20,000 nucleotides of DNA. Source: an uncultured virus (IMG/VR IMGVR_UViG_3300033074_001400). Lineage: Duplodnaviria > Heunggongvirae > Uroviricota > Caudoviricetes. Location: positions 53,226 through 73,225 of IMG/VR virus record IMGVR_UViG_3300033074_001400, one strand, 5' to 3'. The notes beneath the pieces are model-generated. The model had not been told where the DNA came from. It saw only the letters and a list, made by a program, of their open reading frames with translations, and made no database searches. Position numbers and translations under genes: made by a program. The first letter of the stretch is position 1; every line of letters begins with the position of its first letter. Shown piece by piece: positions 18,701-20,000 of this stretch.

Positions 18701-20000
18701 CCAACATTTACAATCCCTTTAGCCTGATTAGCTGTCATTGCAGCCCGTGGAACCTGACCTAAGCCAAAAGCTATTGGGGCTTTCATTAAACCTCCAACCC
18801 CTTTAGTTATTAAAATCTGTGACGCTATTTTTGCAGCACCGTCCAAAATCTTGTCAAATGTTCCGTATTTTTCTGATGGCAAACGGTCTATTACATTTCC
18901 TTCGGCATCAACCATTTGTTGATCGCCATAATCAAGCCTTCTTGAATTGTAATAGGTTTCGGCGGGGCTATCTACAATAGAGTTATAAAATCTATTTAAG
19001 TCCTTAAATGGTTCAGCTATTGCGTTAGCCCTTTTTGTTAAAAACCCTGACTTAACAATACCATACCCACCCGCAGCTTCATCTTTCACAATATCATTTA
19101 CTAATTCAGCATTATCAAGTTCAGGGTGTAACTTCCATGCTTCTTCTATCGCTTTTGTTGGTACACGGCCTTTATTTCCGTACCCTAACTTTTTAATTGT
19201 TTCACTTAATACCTCTGAATACTTTTGTTTTTCAGATTGGTAAGAAGTATATTTAATATCTGTCTGTTTACCAACAAGTTCAGGATTGGTTGCACTTTGC
19301 AGATGTATTTTTTTATTGTAAATATCCTGACCCAAAGACGCAATACCTTCGTAATCCTTGTCAGGTATATCCCCAAGTTGGATTATGGTTCTCATTACGT
19401 TTGCATACAACGCAGGGTCGGAATCTTTAACGTAATTAAGTCCTAACTTAAAGTGTAATTCATTTACCTTATCGTTGTACTTTACGTTTTGACGGCCTTT
19501 TTCAAGCCTCATATTAACTCTTGCTACCGCATCTGATATGTTTGCACTTTCAATCTCTTGGTCAATCGGTTCTTGTGTTTTAATGAAAAACAATTTCTCT
19601 TTTATACTTTCAACCAATTTCTTTTTACCACCATCAGCACCAAGTATTTCATCTGACTTTGAAACGTTTTGCAAGAACCTACCTAACTCTTTTGAGTTAT
19701 TTACATCATACTTACCTAATGGCAATATTTCACTACCAGCTTCTCTTGAAACAATACCTGTTGTTGGGCTTACACTACCCGCATATCCTATTTTAGCCTG
19801 ACCTGATTGCATTGCAGTATTCAGGTAATCATCTATACCATTAATAGCTTGTAAGTTTAAATTAACCCCAACTCCTACATTTTTAACATTAATTGCTTGT
19901 GCAATATTAGCCCACTTTTGTTCATTCCCATAAACGTCACTTTCTAATGCAGTTGAACCAAGTTCCGGCACGTTGTCGTTTATAAGTTGACTTACAATCT
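9718..20000 (-). CDS. Giant multidomain protein containing a crAss-like virion two-barrel RNA polymerase (phi14:2 gp66-like); 5' end lies outside the window (more than 3426 aa)
   Basis: GFRIPTQ...GNTIIVPSEITTKAGSDFDIDKL (beta-prime-like DPBB with the DFDID catalytic motif, 12451-12465). Upstream NEVDGG, IKPK...LKTS and FESAVKVG are beta-like barrel motifs. Downstream motifs are GKDGVGIAA and FVDVVK. An HEAFE zincin-like motif lies further upstream. The frame has no stop between the called GTG (19971) and the window end (IVSQLINDN), so the true start is probably further upstream. Confidence 0.9.
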   Translation of the reverse strand, partial: IVSQLINDNVPELGSTALESDVYGNEQKWANIAQAINVKNVGVGVNLNLQAINGIDDYLNTAMQSGQAKIGYAGSVSPTTGIVSREAGSEILPLGKYDVNNSKELGRFLQNVSKSDEILGADGGKKKLVESIKEKLFFIKTQEPIDQEIESANISDAVARVNMRLEKGRQNVKYNDKVNELHFKLGLNYVKDSDPALYANVMRTIIQLGDIPDKDYEGIASLGQDIYNKKIHLQSATNPELVGKQTDIKYTSYQSEKQKYSEVLSETIKKLGYGNKGRVPTKAIEEAWKLHPELDNAELVNDIVKDEAAGGYGIVKSGFLTKRANAIAEPFKDLNRFYNSIVDSPAETYYNSRRLDYGDQQMVDAEGNVIDRLPSEKYGTFDKILDGAAKIASQILITKGVGGLMKAPIAFGLGQVPRAAMTANQAKGIVNVGGTFASTYLQTYGNSYIDFLNKTGNPDKAALMATIDGLGTAALETFISPDVKIADKAAELLKSKKIDFVKDLTKVIEGNGGKLAAGKVVKKFVSEAGGIMVGQIAQEDLQQVENFLVEGIFSPKTVEDRDLAKELINTTKETALATVIPAILGGGGVNKAQRKLSKEGLHTIAINFDSYKEAMDKAVLDGLMSQSDYDLASGIIQRHKSNIDNAPRRDSKGELISTDRQLEYAFQSTVEQIYGERAAQQPDNVQREPLEEKIKEAEQIKRKIFLGEEVKGLPKEEKVDEVDEKSVEEARLLEIADQALNNVAPIAGTDGNVMAIDGGNLLERAVSVWGTEDVRKGVELSLEKQLQQNRDELSSIENPTEGDREYHNEVEQEIRQKHKEALAKIDQLKEVGKPEGYELPGQPKVEAGSVGVGGEVRSVNDFANENESYRVIVGDEAFNDIVESGTVRTNAGNKGGESLSDKLKNRPTLFPSFSKGKASMEYAAENPNNYIIVTEDASIQPSKAGRHGKGTTMFPTDENGNHLKELSGEKVKVYKHIGEGQYVLVYANGKVVEQSIKEQPKASVATPVMSKGLKPTDNVKASIKIDDLLNKFKDQGITGDISNDEEYRRIVEKSIDNVKKEDITAVKAWFAKNLPNVPLNIVEHILKTTDGGFAWGKFSSVGVTMYEKAKEGTGYHEAFEAVWKMFIPVEDKQKITSEMRRRKGSFYDVITGQNTEYKSATDTQLKEKLADEFAEYVQTNGAISEKIKGQPWIIRIFRALKELFEKLISPQNNIDQLFKNINSGQYATKPVNLESVVGDEYSRVADLSHQLTKELMEDITSKILNNFFGANATLSLANLSDNKEIPLDAYYDAIKPMLLNRLMSLANISLGKGEEELALNYLTILDNVNDNWEDVVKLNKEYLKTFGLTSSHEQASDNLPEKVKEAKQAEFEDDNDGIQDDDEPEFEQENKSQLEYDRDIFTISGKKNASAGIRLLFATLRDAKFIRQSKDDVSVIPAIEFERSSLNGFKFVQYARVFNQVANALVNTNKMENLIKKLVNHAKTNAPIVDLLSPNKLNINRTTGKINYNSLSYNEWRILLDFVKTMSKQSPTALIYDMKGNTAKLIPGNKYSGIEQIKRNFVKNVKNNKELFSFDKKKKTFVVNPEFFKKNPTPTNDKAYIDFANSIGIKTVDGELLSLAMLKAMPLFQKAKFKSALSRVYTQLKKQDPLFDTSNKALQIETPLNEISIAIISATKDDGSNTFLNVLRKPVQSVVLNNPLSTFFNNFNSVSSLDDLQKEEQGLTDGFSKNSVILQRGGKFFNEDGDRTDEKIEVGYIDGIKTPRNSKQSSKLSLIQRRLLSFNLNLQGWFVPITNGDKKTEWVLSLGNHISFNQVVAGTHWDSIYSTFHNYLKTEMEVAQVDDANTLSVLDKQKRRGNLRFFLNILPENITKKAKVVIDNLGDIDEFIEENEKNINSAIRKFLEKEASRTRTEFQIYNILSADDNGNYIFDGIDEKFVMDNINDQGVNKFSEEQVDNVILYRTVNQVINNIEMHKLVIGDPAFMSDPAKRIPGAMGGINQTTYGSHEFNTHFSTLANRTDVNSSSIQLEPTDLGYTPFSDDVSIVIYQDVIVEGRVEGSDYKNTNEVDGGSKMNLSAYRELKMRSAEWTDEQEKQYQYQMAFFRDRMSKQGKYDYSSKELKEHDVNLLKQGQPQEGIFEIIKPKGWGQNTASPYKDIVFLKTSAQPIIPTVAKDTNDELLLLKMMNEGIKIAAFESAVKVGVRSTEPAYVDGKFNENKYNPDAILYPSWKDLGIQVETQFSQGKNKLTLGSQLTTLATLNLLSGGVPQGFTATEWSKLSEEERMAKSEIYREVVTNNQILVELTNNGYVELLDKLGIEEDEDGNYEIVDYQRVVDFLKEQARDMDDNTKAALKVDDVLNSLAVPLEAIPTYTQLKAILYSIVDKNIASPKTSGIGLVQMPSTFTENEARTTLVGNSTYKFYTKEESWIEVSLPAWFRDQLEKFYINNKKPIPSEEELLKLLNDADILNGIGFRIPTQEMNSVEVFKIKSFLPKVMGNTIIVPSEITTKAGSDFDIDKLNAYLKNVVITKTGKISKVASFNSQEEAADHFGSEYENSIQKEIDKIEKYDDFRETLLAVFNAIENIKGDITLDKIKKALTEDLKEFYDVHMTLLNEIIDQAAEEQLNPSQYIQNQIDKLSRKKGKLNAKLFNELAKEMYIKKYTRKSLENAYYESLERLVQLPENFERLIQINTTKNLEEIKNNLNKALFTEDEIKQNNINTGEKLALNYLPIISPYTLDEIRHNLVTGKDGVGIAAAAQKSNSIMQRTQVVIDSSRVNLLNDIDPLRTELIGDGVIRFPHNKINGKPTISMSKTADGKKYISDIISEYINGFVDVVKNTFIIEMGVTTRTAGTFLFMDRLGNNTEHTTFFMNQPIIRQYLKFLDANKINPIRNEKTIKQIYSIWGNVKYTGKDTLPTANQLLDNIKEYKVKNRDFNNLSKDFVEEQSKIFNEFLKYQEMASDLFTLMQGINWDTAHMSDPEQFLLKDVKYDKANNTLFTPASEILKNVFIGNTRQKLMDSRDAIGGFIAIEHPNVREVLDTLKRKFISMSFFPKPDVYSAIAKRINNSFLNYILQVKGGYNRTQIEQVLLDEQNGAASLLEDLQIATKKDSVLHSILKQFSIERRGNDANSVKAIIFKKSGNDKYDRDTDIDNFRILKENAYTQELYKKLVRAALLQSGVQYSPISYSHLIPSEDYAKALSSLVNNLSTYTDLDKFLTSKSFARNNWSNSDVAKPLMISEKRKGISDMGRVWAIPFILPKQLSKFPKGAIMKSTMFLGEYAKYQPLNSMGRMVFVPDLTYMINKKDAFEKNNPILTKTYLYELVKDETGKPLTITENYKNKKDEEVQSVSYLYKAINAWGDGMYAQEYYDAERSSQIENNTFKVDETVVNDTAIYTALRGKSVSLQDKKTKTSDNKSTQDKINDCLG
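11480..14100 (-). other. Catalytic core region of the two-barrel RNA polymerase
   Basis: GDPAF...KRIPG, VDGG (~13790), KTS (~13510), SAVKVG (~13400), GSQL, RIPTQ (12568-12582), DFDID (12451-12465) and FVDVVK (~11500) are all on one polypeptide. Boundaries are approximate. Confidence 0.88.
16380..16830 (-). other. Zincin/metallopeptidase-like domain with HExxE instead of HExxH
   Basis: AWGKF...VTMY...GTGYHEAFEAVW (HEAFE at 16639-16653), followed by KEKLADEFAEY and IIRIFRALKELF. This is the usual layout of polyvalent-protein metallopeptidase domains. Confidence 0.7.

Noticed and set aside
1063..19801. All short plus-strand ORFs in the track (61-145 aa)
   Set aside because: They lie antisense to long, motif-bearing minus-strand genes, are mostly Ser/Phe/Ile-biased and show no recognisable motifs. 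They are treated as shadow ORFs.
19969..19971. GTG at 19971 as the start of the giant ORF
   Set aside because: The frame stays open to the window end, so this is probably just the first start-like codon visible.
1..20000. Stop-codon reassignment, known in some crAss-like phages
   Set aside because: Multi-kb ORFs are uninterrupted in the standard code and the three visible stops are TAA. There is no positive evidence of recoding here.

Overview
A 20 kb, AT-rich segment with all real genes on the minus strand. It looks like the virion cargo/transcription block of a crAss-like (Crassvirales-type) Bacteroidota phage. In transcription order: (1) a giant ORF of more than 3426 aa, open at the window edge. 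It has a higher-GC N-terminal part with Gly/Ala-rich hydrophobic helices and an ART-like cassette, then a degenerate zincin domain and a single-chain two-barrel RNA polymerase with the GSDFDIDKL motif (phi14:2 gp66-type virion RNAP). (2) A 2306 aa polyvalent cargo protein: a GNAT-like domain with a nested P-loop kinase, a degenerate zincin, an apparently intact PD-(D/E)xK nuclease and a long helical C-terminus. (3) A free-standing HNH endonuclease with its own Bacteroidota-type promoter. (4) A beta-roll tail-fibre-like gene missed by the ORF track, running off the window start. The most striking signals are a sole Cys at the RNAP C-terminus next to Cys3 of the following protein (possible head-to-tail disulfide chain), an in-frame compositional junction near 17.0 kb at a linker motif, and nested domain cassettes. 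All family calls come from motif reading by eye, not database searches.
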